Part shown: piece by piece, positions 35,284-44,900 of the stretch
Layout: each line of letters opens with the position of its first letter
How positions within the stretch are numbered: position 1 is the first letter of the stretch
DNA from: Phycisphaerae bacterium
Lineage (GTDB): Bacteria > Planctomycetota > Phycisphaerae > UBA1845
NCBI GenBank assembly: GCA_963666835.2
Contig: CAXXGO010000001.1
Location: 448,001 to 512,000 of the forward strand
DNA length: 64,000 bases
Direction: 5' to 3'
The notes under the pieces: generated by a model
Database searches by the model: none
Seen by the model: the letters and a program-made list of their open reading frames with translations, nothing else
What the model was told of the DNA's origin: nothing
Made by a program: the position numbers and the translations under genes

Positions 35284-36390
35284 ATGTCGCGTCTCTGTGT
35301 GCTGTTCGCGTTATTGCTGGCCGCAGTTTGCGCGTCAGTGGGTCAGGCCGAGGTCGTTATCGAAACGGTGACCGTGGGCAATGCAGGGAACACCGGAGAA
35401 TTGTCCGGTGAAGGGGCCGGCGGTTACGGCCCGGACCGCATCTGCGGAGCGGTGGATTACGTCTACAGTATTGGCCAGTACGAGATCACGGCCGGGCAAT
35501 ACGTCGAGTTTCTCAACTCGGTGGACTCGGCAGGATCGAATCCATACGGGGTCTACAACGGCTCCATGGATACCGATCAGTTCGGCTGCCAGATAACATG
35601 GAACGCGGGAAGTTCGACCTACGACTTCAGCGGGCGTTCGAGCGGGACGGAAGCTGACTGGGTCGACCGCCCGGTGAACTACGTTTCCTGGGGCGATGCG
35701 GCGCGTTTCGCCAACTGGCTGCACAACGGCCAACCGACGGGGCAGCTAACCGGGGACCCGGCGCAGGATGCGGGCCTGACTGAGGACGGATCGTACTTCC
35801 TGAATGGAGCAACAACGGATGGCGCACTCATCGCGATCGTCCGCGAGCCCGATGCCACGTGGGTAATCCCGTCGGAGGACGAGTGGTACAAGGCGGCGTA
35901 TCACTACAACGACGGCGTCACGGGGAACTACTGGGATTACCCAACGGAATCGAACACGGCCCCGACTTCCGAGGCGCCGGCGGGCACCGACATGACGAAC
36001 GGCTCGGCGAACTACTATGACGGCGGTTATGTGATAGGCAGCCCGTACTACCGGACCGAGGTTGGCGCGTACGACGCCAAGCCGTCGGATAGCCCGTACG
36101 CCACGTTCGACCAGGGCGGGAACGTCTTTGAGTGGAATGAAGCGGTAATTTACGGTTCGTCTCGCGGCCTGCGTGGCGGGGCGTTCTGCTACGTCGGCCT
36201 GCACGCGGCCGGCCGCAGCGTCGACTACCCGACGAGCGAGGAGTACTACATCGGGTTCCGTGTCGCCGAAGTGTCTGAGCTAGGTCCCGACATCCCGGCT
36301 GTTTCGGAGTGGGGTGTTGTCACGATGGCCTTACTCGTGCTGACGGCTGGGACGCTGGTATGGACGAGGCGTGGTGCGGCGATAGCGTAG
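35284..36390 (+). CDS. Secreted FGE-sulfatase/CLec protein with IPTL-CTERM-like anchor; probable DGR target (VR about 36181-36252)
   Basis: Signal peptide; PSEDEWYKAAY, DQGGNVFEW, RGG..GFRV; IPAVSEWG plus TM plus RR. Confidence 0.9.
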   Translation: MSRLCVLFALLLAAVCASVGQAEVVIETVTVGNAGNTGELSGEGAGGYGPDRICGAVDYVYSIGQYEITAGQYVEFLNSVDSAGSNPYGVYNGSMDTDQFGCQITWNAGSSTYDFSGRSSGTEADWVDRPVNYVSWGDAARFANWLHNGQPTGQLTGDPAQDAGLTEDGSYFLNGATTDGALIAIVREPDATWVIPSEDEWYKAAYHYNDGVTGNYWDYPTESNTAPTSEAPAGTDMTNGSANYYDGGYVIGSPYYRTEVGAYDAKPSDSPYATFDQGGNVFEWNEAVIYGSSRGLRGGAFCYVGLHAAGRSVDYPTSEEYYIGFRVAEVSELGPDIPAVSEWGVVTMALLVLTAGTLVWTRRGAAIA

Positions 36391-36476
36391 CCGGGCAAGG
36401 GGAGGTGGGAGGGTTAAGCTCTGTTCTTTCTCCCTCTTACCCTTTTCCATCCGAGCGCAGCGAGGATCGAAGTTTT

Positions 36477-37271
36477 TTGAGAAGCGAGAATCGCGGTAGG
36501 GGACGAGAGGGCCAGCCACCGGTCGTCCTGGTGAAGTGGTATGACACGACGCGGTGGCTCCTGGAGCGAATCGACAGCTTCCCGAAGAGTCAGCGGTTCA
36601 TCTTCGGGCAGCGGCTCGCGGACCACGCGATCGACGTTCTGGAACTGCTCGTTGAAGCAAGCTACACCTCGGACAAGCTGGAGTTGCTCGCCCGAGCCAA
36701 TCGTGAGATCGAGGTCCTGCGCTGGCTGGTTCGTCTGGCGAAAGACCGGAAACTGTTCACCCAGAAGCAGTACCTGTACAGTTGCACGGCCTTTGCCGAG
36801 ACCGGTCGGATGGTGGGTGGCTGGCTGAAACACGCGGCGGGGAACTTCATCTCCCGCATTGCGGACGAGCCGGTCTACCGCATCTGGCCGGAGGCGGTGG
36901 TCCACGTGGGCGACTGCCCAATCGTACCGGTTGCCGAGTACAGCCTTACACCCACGATGAACGGGGTCAGTTTCTCCGACTCGCTAGCGGTGAATACGAT
37001 TGCGCAGCCGTTCCCGAAGTACTGGGCAGACGTTGTCGGCGACTTCGTCGAGGGTGCGTGGACTGGGCCGCAGGGGACGGTCAATATGAGTGATATCATG
37101 GCCGTGCTTCAGGGGTTCTCGTCTACGCCGAGTGCACCGCCGTTGACCTGGTGCGATCTCGACGGACAATCGCCGAACGCGATCGTGAACATGACCGATG
37201 TCCAGCAAGCCGTGGCGGGGTCCAAGGGCGAGCCGTACCCGTTCAGCGATCAGGAGCTTTGCCTGTTCTGA
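36477..37271 (+). CDS. avd: Full-length Avd domain fused to a partial surface-protein C-terminal (dockerin-like) domain
   Basis: SFPKSQRFIFGQRL..REIEVLRWLVRLAKD..ETGRMVGGWLK, then KYWADVVG..VNMSDI..NMTDVQ as in neighbouring proteins; TTG start uncertain. Confidence 0.8.
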   Translation: MRSENRGRGREGQPPVVLVKWYDTTRWLLERIDSFPKSQRFIFGQRLADHAIDVLELLVEASYTSDKLELLARANREIEVLRWLVRLAKDRKLFTQKQYLYSCTAFAETGRMVGGWLKHAAGNFISRIADEPVYRIWPEAVVHVGDCPIVPVAEYSLTPTMNGVSFSDSLAVNTIAQPFPKYWADVVGDFVEGAWTGPQGTVNMSDIMAVLQGFSSTPSAPPLTWCDLDGQSPNAIVNMTDVQQAVAGSKGEPYPFSDQELCLF

Positions 37272-37629
37272 GACGCCGAAAGAGCCTATACCGACCGTCA
37301 GTACGTCAGAACTTGGTAGGCCGGCCTGATGGGGCATGGATGGTCCGCCGCGTCGACGAAGTCGCAGGATCGCCAATCTTACGGGCCTGAGGCGGGGTAT
37401 GCGCAGGTAGCTGGCCCGCCCACGCCCCCCGTAAGCCGCCAGAGCCCCTCATGGCCGGTCGGTCCCTGGCCCCACGCCAGAACGAACCGAATTCCGCTAA
37501 AGTGGTACTGTTTTCACTTGGCGTCTTCAGCCAGCGTCCGGTAGTATGAGGGCTTGCTCATCGCGCAGCCCCGGTCGGAGCTCTTCCGCCCTGGCGGCCG
37601 CGCGGGTCTCATCTTCCGGAGGATATGGT

Positions 37630-40600
37630 ATGTCGCGTCTCTGTGTGCTGTTCGCGTTATTGCTGGCCGCAGTTTGCGCGTCAGTGGGTCAGGCCGAGGT
37701 CGTTATCGAAACGGTGACCGTGGGCAATGCAGGGAACACCGGAGAATTGTCCGGTGAAGGGGCCGGCGGTTACGGCCCGGACCGCATCTGCGGAGCGGTG
37801 GATTACGTCTACAGTATCGGCCAGTACGAGATCACAGCCGGGCAATACGTCGAGTTTCTCAACTCGGTGGACCCGGCAGGATCGAATCCATACGGGGTCT
37901 ACAACGGCTCCATGGATACCGATCAGTTCGGCTGCCAGATAACATGGAACGCGGGAAGTTCGACCTACGACTTCAGCGGGCGTTCGAGCGGGACGGAAGC
38001 TGACTGGGTCGACCGCCCGGTGAACTACGTTTCGTGGGGCGATGCCGCTCGGTTCGCCAACTGGCTGCACAACGGCCAACCGACGGGCCAGCTAACCGGG
38101 GACCCGGCCCAGGACGCAGGCCTGACCGAGGACGGGTCGTACTTCCTCGACGGTGCGACGAGCGACCCCGGGCTGATGGCTGTCGTGCGTGAGGCGGACG
38201 CGACGTGGGTGATTCCGTCGGAGGACGAGTGGTACAAGGCGGCGTATCACTACAACGACGGCGTGACGGGGAGCTACTGGGATTACCCAACGGAATCGAA
38301 CACGGCCCCGACTCGCGAGGCGCCGCCGGGCACGGACATGACAAACGGCTCGGCGAACTACTATGGCAGCAACTGGGCAATAGGCGCTCCGTACTACCGT
38401 ACCGAGGTGGGCGCATATGACGCCAAGCCGTCGGACAGCCCGTACGCGACCTTCGACCAGGGTGGGAACGTCTGGGAGTGGAATGAAGCTGTGATTTCCG
38501 GTTCGTCTCGCGGTCTGCGTGGCGGGTCGTTCTACTACGCCGGCGGCGTCTGCCTGCATGCGGAGTTCCGCAGCTGCGACGGCGAACCGTCGAACGAGGA
38601 CCTGAGCAGCGGGTTCCGTGTCGCGAGAGTCACCCCCACCGTCAGCAACGTCACAGCCAGCCAAAGGACTGACTCCATGCTCGTGGACATCGGCTACGAC
38701 CTGGTTGATGCCGACGGTGACCCGTACGTGGTATCGGTGCTCGTCAGCGACGACGGGGGAAGCACGTGGGATGTTCCAGCCACGTCGTTCACGGGCGATA
38801 TCGGGGTGGGGATCACTCCCGGAATGGGCAAGGCGATCGTGTGGGATTGGGGGGCGGACCTGCCGGGAGCGTTCGGCACGGACTATGTGGTCCGGGTCTG
38901 CGCCGATGACGAGATGGTCCTTGTCCCCGGGGGTGAGTTTGAGATGGGCGATCATCACGATGGGACGTCTGACGCGCTTCCTGTCCACGCAGTCTACGTT
39001 GATTCGTTCTACATGGGCGTGTACGAGGTGACAAACGCCCAGTACGCCGCGGGTCTGAACTGGGCGCTTGCCCATAACCCACCGCTTATCGACGACCCAT
39101 CGATCCACGGGGGTGTGGTGCAGGACACCACAACCGGCACTGTCTACTGCGATACTAACACCAGCTGGTCGTATAGCCGGATCACCTGGGACGGGAGCAA
39201 TTTCGCAGTCACGGTGGGCAAGGAGGACCATCCGATGGTGACGATGAGCTGGTACGGCTCGGTGGCGTATGCAAACTGGCGCAGCGCGATGGATGGGCTA
39301 ACTCCTACCTACGACCTGTCTACGTGGGAATGCGACTTCGCTGCGACCGGGTATCGCTTGCCTACGGAGGCCGAGTGGGAGTACGCGGCGCGTGGGGGCG
39401 AATACACACCGTACTACCGGTATCCCTGGGGCGATACGCTCGACGGCTCAAAGGCCAACTATTGGCAGTCCGATGACCCGTACGAAAGCGGTGACTACCC
39501 GCGGACGACGCCGGTGGGTTACTACGACGGCGCGCAAACGCCCCCGGGCGCAGATATGGCCAACGGGTACGGGCTGTACGATATGGCGGGCAATGTATGG
39601 GAGTGGTGCAACGATTGGTACGGGGCCTACGCTGACTGTGATCCAGCGCCATGCGATAACCCACGCGGACCGGCAAGCGGAGGGTCTCGGGTCGTCCGGG
39701 GCGGTTCGTGGGGCATTGGCGGCGTTAATTACTTGCGTTGTGCGGACCGCAACGACGCCAGCCCCGTCGAACGGAGCAGCGCAACCGGGGTCCGGTTGCT
39801 CCTGGACTCAGGCAGTTTCGTTTTCGTTGTCTGCAGTGATTCTCTGACGTTCACGCTCGACTCGAGGGACTGCAACGACAACGGAATCCCAGACTCTCAG
39901 GATATAGCGGGGGGCACGAGCCAGGATTGTGACGGCGGCGGCGTGCCCGACGAGTGTGAGGCGGGGTACGGCTCCTTCGAGTGGGTCGGGCTCGATGAGG
40001 GGATGTTTGAGGATCCGGAGAACTGGGAACCGGCCGGGGTGCCCGGGGTCGGCGGCGAGGCGGTGCTGTCTAACGATACAGAGGTGGACAACCGGAGCAT
40101 TCTGGGCGGATTCGACTCGCGGGAGATCTGCACGCTGTCGATCGGGGCCACGAGCACCGGCCGGCAAGTCCTTCGGATTGAGGACCCCGCAAAACTCGTC
40201 GTGCACGACGCGACCACCATCTCCACCGGCGGCGAGATCGAGCTGCAAGACGGTGTACTCGAAAGCGAGACCGTGACCAATGCGGGCGGCGGCATTTCGG
40301 GATCCGGCGAGGTGTCCGCCGACTTCGTCAACCAGGGCGAAATCACCGGCGCGGCCGGGGGGATGCTGCTGTTCTCCGGGAGCACTTTCGAGAACCAGGC
40401 ATCCGGTCTGATACGTGCGCCGTTCCGGGCGTTTGTGTACGTGTCATCAGCGGGGGTGACGCAGGGCGGTCAGTTGGAGATTGATACGCAGGCCGGGGTG
40501 CTGTTCGACGCCGCGCTAACCAACTTGGCCGGCGGGGCCATCACGATCCTCGGAGGCTCCCTCGGGGCCCCCAGCCTGACCAACGACGCGTCCGGGCTGA

Positions 40601-41871
40601 TCTACGGGTTCGGCACGGTGGACTCCGACGCGACGAACGACGGCGAGATGACCTTCGTGGCGGATACGGAGATTGTCGGCGACCTGACCAACAACGGCCT
40701 CGTGACGGTCCAGAGCGGGCTCCTGACGATTCTCGGCTCGCTGACCGGCTCGGGGACCATCGTGGGTGATTTCTTCGGCCGCAGCGGGAACGACGGCCTC
40801 ACGGTCCTGGGAGACTATCAGGCGGCCGCCTTGGGCTCGCTGCAGGTCGCCAACGGGACGCTAAAGCTGGCGGGCGACTTTGACGTCGCCATCAACGACC
40901 CGGCTCGGTTCGACTTGGCTACCGGCACGCTGCAGCTGGTCGCTTTGCCGGAGGATGATCCGCAGTTGATTGAGGTTCTGGGAGAGGACGTGGGCGCGTG
41001 CGTGGTCCTGCCCGATCCGGCTCTCTTCTCGTTCGGCGGGATCCGCATCGGACCAACGGCCACGACTGTCCAGCTCGTAGACGACCACGACAATGCCCCC
41101 GGTGCCGGGGCCGAGGCGGTGTACGTTGAACAGTTGGTCCTTGAAGAAGACACGACTCTGGATCTGGCCGGGCACCAACTCTACTACGTGACGATGACGC
41201 CCGAGGACCCGTACGGCACGGGCAGCGGGGTGACCGTGGTCGATTCGGTCGGGGGCGGCGCCCTGATCCCTGTTTGGACCGTCGAACCGCCGGCCGCGGA
41301 GGCCATGGCGACTCCGAAGAACCGGTATCTGTCCTTCCAACCGAACAACGCGGGCGAGCCCGTGGCGTTCCACGTGGAGCTGACGGCCAGTGACTACTTC
41401 CCCGGTTCGGTTGGTTTCGACGGCTGGGTCGGCGAGCCGGACTTGGATGATGTATGCCGGTTGGTAGCGGAGGCTTACTACAGCGACGCCTGGCCGGCGT
41501 TAGTGTACGTCGGCGATTGCCACGTGGTGCCGGCCGCGACGTACGAGGTCAGCGCGACCTGTAATGGTGAGACACTCACCAACCCGCTGACGGTGACCAC
41601 GATCCCGCAGCCGGGAGTAAAGTATTGGGCCGACGTTGTGGGCGGTTTCGTCGACGATGCATGGACGGCCCCGAACGGCGTCGTCAACATGAGCGACCTC
41701 CAGGCGATCCTGCAGAGGTTCTCGTCAGCTCCGGGTGCTCCACCGCTGACGTGGTGCGACCTCGACGGCCAGACACCGAACGCGATCGTCAACATGACCG
41801 ACGTGCAGCAAGCCGTGGCCGGGTTCCAGGGCGAGCCGTACCCGTTCAGCGATCCGGGGGGTTGTCCATAG
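37630..41871 (+). CDS. Large secreted protein: two FGE-sulfatase/CLec domains, Ig-like segment, autotransporter-like beta region, dockerin-like C-terminus
   Basis: First ~325 aa duplicate 35284-36260; second FGE domain ([21 protein letters not shown]); DCNDNG repeats. Confidence 0.9.
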   Translation: MSRLCVLFALLLAAVCASVGQAEVVIETVTVGNAGNTGELSGEGAGGYGPDRICGAVDYVYSIGQYEITAGQYVEFLNSVDPAGSNPYGVYNGSMDTDQFGCQITWNAGSSTYDFSGRSSGTEADWVDRPVNYVSWGDAARFANWLHNGQPTGQLTGDPAQDAGLTEDGSYFLDGATSDPGLMAVVREADATWVIPSEDEWYKAAYHYNDGVTGSYWDYPTESNTAPTREAPPGTDMTNGSANYYGSNWAIGAPYYRTEVGAYDAKPSDSPYATFDQGGNVWEWNEAVISGSSRGLRGGSFYYAGGVCLHAEFRSCDGEPSNEDLSSGFRVARVTPTVSNVTASQRTDSMLVDIGYDLVDADGDPYVVSVLVSDDGGSTWDVPATSFTGDIGVGITPGMGKAIVWDWGADLPGAFGTDYVVRVCADDEMVLVPGGEFEMGDHHDGTSDALPVHAVYVDSFYMGVYEVTNAQYAAGLNWALAHNPPLIDDPSIHGGVVQDTTTGTVYCDTNTSWSYSRITWDGSNFAVTVGKEDHPMVTMSWYGSVAYANWRSAMDGLTPTYDLSTWECDFAATGYRLPTEAEWEYAARGGEYTPYYRYPWGDTLDGSKANYWQSDDPYESGDYPRTTPVGYYDGAQTPPGADMANGYGLYDMAGNVWEWCNDWYGAYADCDPAPCDNPRGPASGGSRVVRGGSWGIGGVNYLRCADRNDASPVERSSATGVRLLLDSGSFVFVVCSDSLTFTLDSRDCNDNGIPDSQDIAGGTSQDCDGGGVPDECEAGYGSFEWVGLDEGMFEDPENWEPAGVPGVGGEAVLSNDTEVDNRSILGGFDSREICTLSIGATSTGRQVLRIEDPAKLVVHDATTISTGGEIELQDGVLESETVTNAGGGISGSGEVSADFVNQGEITGAAGGMLLFSGSTFENQASGLIRAPFRAFVYVSSAGVTQGGQLEIDTQAGVLFDAALTNLAGGAITILGGSLGAPSLTNDASGLIYGFGTVDSDATNDGEMTFVADTEIVGDLTNNGLVTVQSGLLTILGSLTGSGTIVGDFFGRSGNDGLTVLGDYQAAALGSLQVANGTLKLAGDFDVAINDPARFDLATGTLQLVALPEDDPQLIEVLGEDVGACVVLPDPALFSFGGIRIGPTATTVQLVDDHDNAPGAGAEAVYVEQLVLEEDTTLDLAGHQLYYVTMTPEDPYGTGSGVTVVDSVGGGALIPVWTVEPPAAEAMATPKNRYLSFQPNNAGEPVAFHVELTASDYFPGSVGFDGWVGEPDLDDVCRLVAEAYYSDAWPALVYVGDCHVVPAATYEVSATCNGETLTNPLTVTTIPQPGVKYWADVVGGFVDDAWTAPNGVVNMSDLQAILQRFSSAPGAPPLTWCDLDGQTPNAIVNMTDVQQAVAGFQGEPYPFSDPGGCP

Positions 41872-41983
41872 CCGTCTCCAAGTGGAGTGTGGTTGCGATG
41901 GCACTAGTTACCCTTACCGCAGGAACCTTGGTCTTCACGATGCGAAACCGCAGATTGACAGCAATGACCCGGAGGGAGAAACC

Positions 41984-44900
41984 ATGAGACCTCGTATTCT
42001 TGCTTCGTTGGCCCTTGGCCTTACGGCCTTGAATGCAACGGCAGCCGAGTACCGGATCATCCAGATCACCTATAACGCCTACGACGACTACAAGCCGCAG
42101 ATTAACGATACCGGGCAGATGGCTTGGATTGAGAATCGTACCGGGCTTGATCCCGGGCTAGGCGACAACCTAGTGTTTCGTGACTCCCCGGAAGCTCCGG
42201 ACACCATACTGCCAAGTGATCGAGGACGCGTTAGTATGTACGACCTGAACGAGGTCGGGGCTGTTGCCTGGCCCGACAAAGAGGTCTACTTCTTTGATGG
42301 CACGACGATCACACAATTCACGACTAGCGGCCATACGAACATGGACGTCCATCTGAACAACTCCAACCACATCATTTGGAATCAGCGCGTTGATGATGCC
42401 TCAGACGTCTATTGGTATGATGGAAGCGGGATCACCCCGTTGACAAACTATCCCGCAACGAACGGCAACCATCCTTGGATCAACGACAACGGCGACACGG
42501 TTTGGATGGCTGCGAGTGATCTCGTGCAGATAGACCAGGTTGTTCTGAACGACATCAACATCAACACGATTCCGCATTTGAACGGCGGTGCTCGATTCAA
42601 CGACAGTGGGCAGGTTGTGTGGATCGCCGGATACGAGGACAGTAACGACGCCCTCGAGGTGTTCCTCTACACTGATGGCGTTACCGACCAGCTGACCGAT
42701 GATGAGCGAGCAGACCTGTCGGCCCAGATCAACGCGAGCGGGCAGGTGGCATGGGTCGGTGGGTACTGGAGTGTCCAGGAGATCATGCTCTTTGATGGCG
42801 TTGTTACCAAACGCATCTCCGATCCAGGCTTGACCAGCCAGTACAATCCGCAGATCAACAACAACGGCTGGGTTGTATGGAACGGTTACGATGGCGAGGA
42901 TCACGAGGTTTTCGTGTACGACGGAGTAACGCGGACGCAGGTTACCGAGGACACGGTCGACGTTGGGTTCTGTGCGATCAACAACTTGGGCATGATCGTC
43001 TGGCAGCAGCAGGATGAAGTTGAGGGTGACTACGAGATCTTCTTGGGCATCCCCATGACGGACTGCAACGGCAACGGCATCCCCGACGAATGCGACCTCG
43101 ACTGCGCAGCGACCGTAGACGTGACGGGTGAATTGTGCAGCCTGCTCTTTCCTGCCTGCGGGGGAAGCACCGATTCCGACGGCGATGGCGTGATGGATGA
43201 ATGTGAAGCGCCCGTCCCCGCAGTCTCCACCTGGGGGATGCTCGCGATGGTGTTGTTGACGATGACGGCGGGGACAATCGCGTTTCGGGGTCGGGCGAAG
43301 CGCGGGGCGGCAGCACTCGAGAGAGGATGTCTGCAGAACAACCGATGGAATCGGCTGCGAGTCTTAGTAGTTCCAGCGTTCCTTCTTGTGGCCGGGTCAG
43401 CGAGCGCTGACGTGGGGCAGATGGGCGTGGAGGTCGTCGGACAGTGGGGAGGCGTCAACTGGCGCAGCGCCGTTGTCGGGAACACCGCCTACATCGGCGT
43501 CGGACCGCGTCTTGTGATACTCGACGTGTCAGGCCCCAGTGATCCTATCGAGTTGGGCAGAACCGATGTTCTGCCTGGTGTCGTGGACGATATCATGATT
43601 GAGGGCAGTCATGCCTATCTGAGCACGTGGCACCGGCCCGGACTCCTGGTTGTGGACGTAAGCGACTCGAGTTCGCCGACTCTGGTTGCTGAGTACGAGA
43701 CCATCGCCCGAGTCGACGGAATCGACATCGTGTCCGGCATGATCTACATTGCCGAACAGAACCTCCTTGAGATCGCGCAGATCGTTGGGCCCACCACACT
43801 ACTGTACCGGAGTGACATCGCCACAGTGGGCTCTACGTACGACGTAACTGTAGTCGGCAATGTGGCCTACGTTGCCGATGGAAACGATGGTGGCCTTCGG
43901 TTGTTCGACGTTTCTGATCCTGATGCCCCGACGCTACTCGGTGCATACGACAGCGACCACGAGGTGGTGGATGTGGTCGTGTCAGCGGGATACGCCTACA
44001 TCGCCGACTACCCGGCGAGTCTCTTGATTGTGGATGTTTCTGACCCAACTGATCCTCAGTTCTGCAGCGAATACGCCGTGAACGGCGCGGCGAACGGTAT
44101 CGACCTGGTTGGTAATACAGCCTACCTTGGCGCCCGCAGTCAAGGCCTTCATGTGTTTGACGTTACGGACCCCTGCAATCCGATTCGATGCGGTGGTTAC
44201 AATCCGGGCGGCTTGGCGGCACAGGTGCTTACGATTGCCGATCTTGTCTACCTCTCTGACTACCGACTCGGGCTGCACATCGTGGATGTTGCAGGTGCTT
44301 GCTCCGGCGTGGCTCCCCAACGCGTAGGCGGTTATGAAGCCAGCAATGCGGCTCTCAAGGTAGTCGTGCAGGGCGACCTTGCGTACGTTGCGGATTGGTA
44401 TGCCGGTGTCCAGATCGTCGACATCTCCGATCCGACTTCTCCAACGCGCATTCACACCCACTCAAGGTGGCAGACATATGATGTCGACGTAGAGGGCAAC
44501 GTGGCATGCCTGGCGACCTGGAACGGCAACGCCTATCCCGTAGATCTTACAAGCCCGACAGCGCCCGTAGAGTGCACGCACTACGATACGGGCGGCAACA
44601 ACCAGGCGGTCACTTTGGAGAACAGTATCGCATACGTAGGCAACGTAAACCCCTCAGAGCTGTACATTGTAGATCTAAGCGGGGATTGCGGCAGCGCCCC
44701 GTCTCTCTGCGATGTTGTCGCGCCGGGTGACCATCCCCTCGACACCGAAGTGCAAGGGGACCATGCGTACGTTGCCGAGGGAGGCGTCGGCCTGGAGATC
44801 TATGACGTCCACGACGTTTGTAGCGGCGGCGCTGCAGTATCCATCGGTGTATGCGACACAAGCGGGTCATCGGTAGCTGTGGCTGTCGACGGCGACCACG

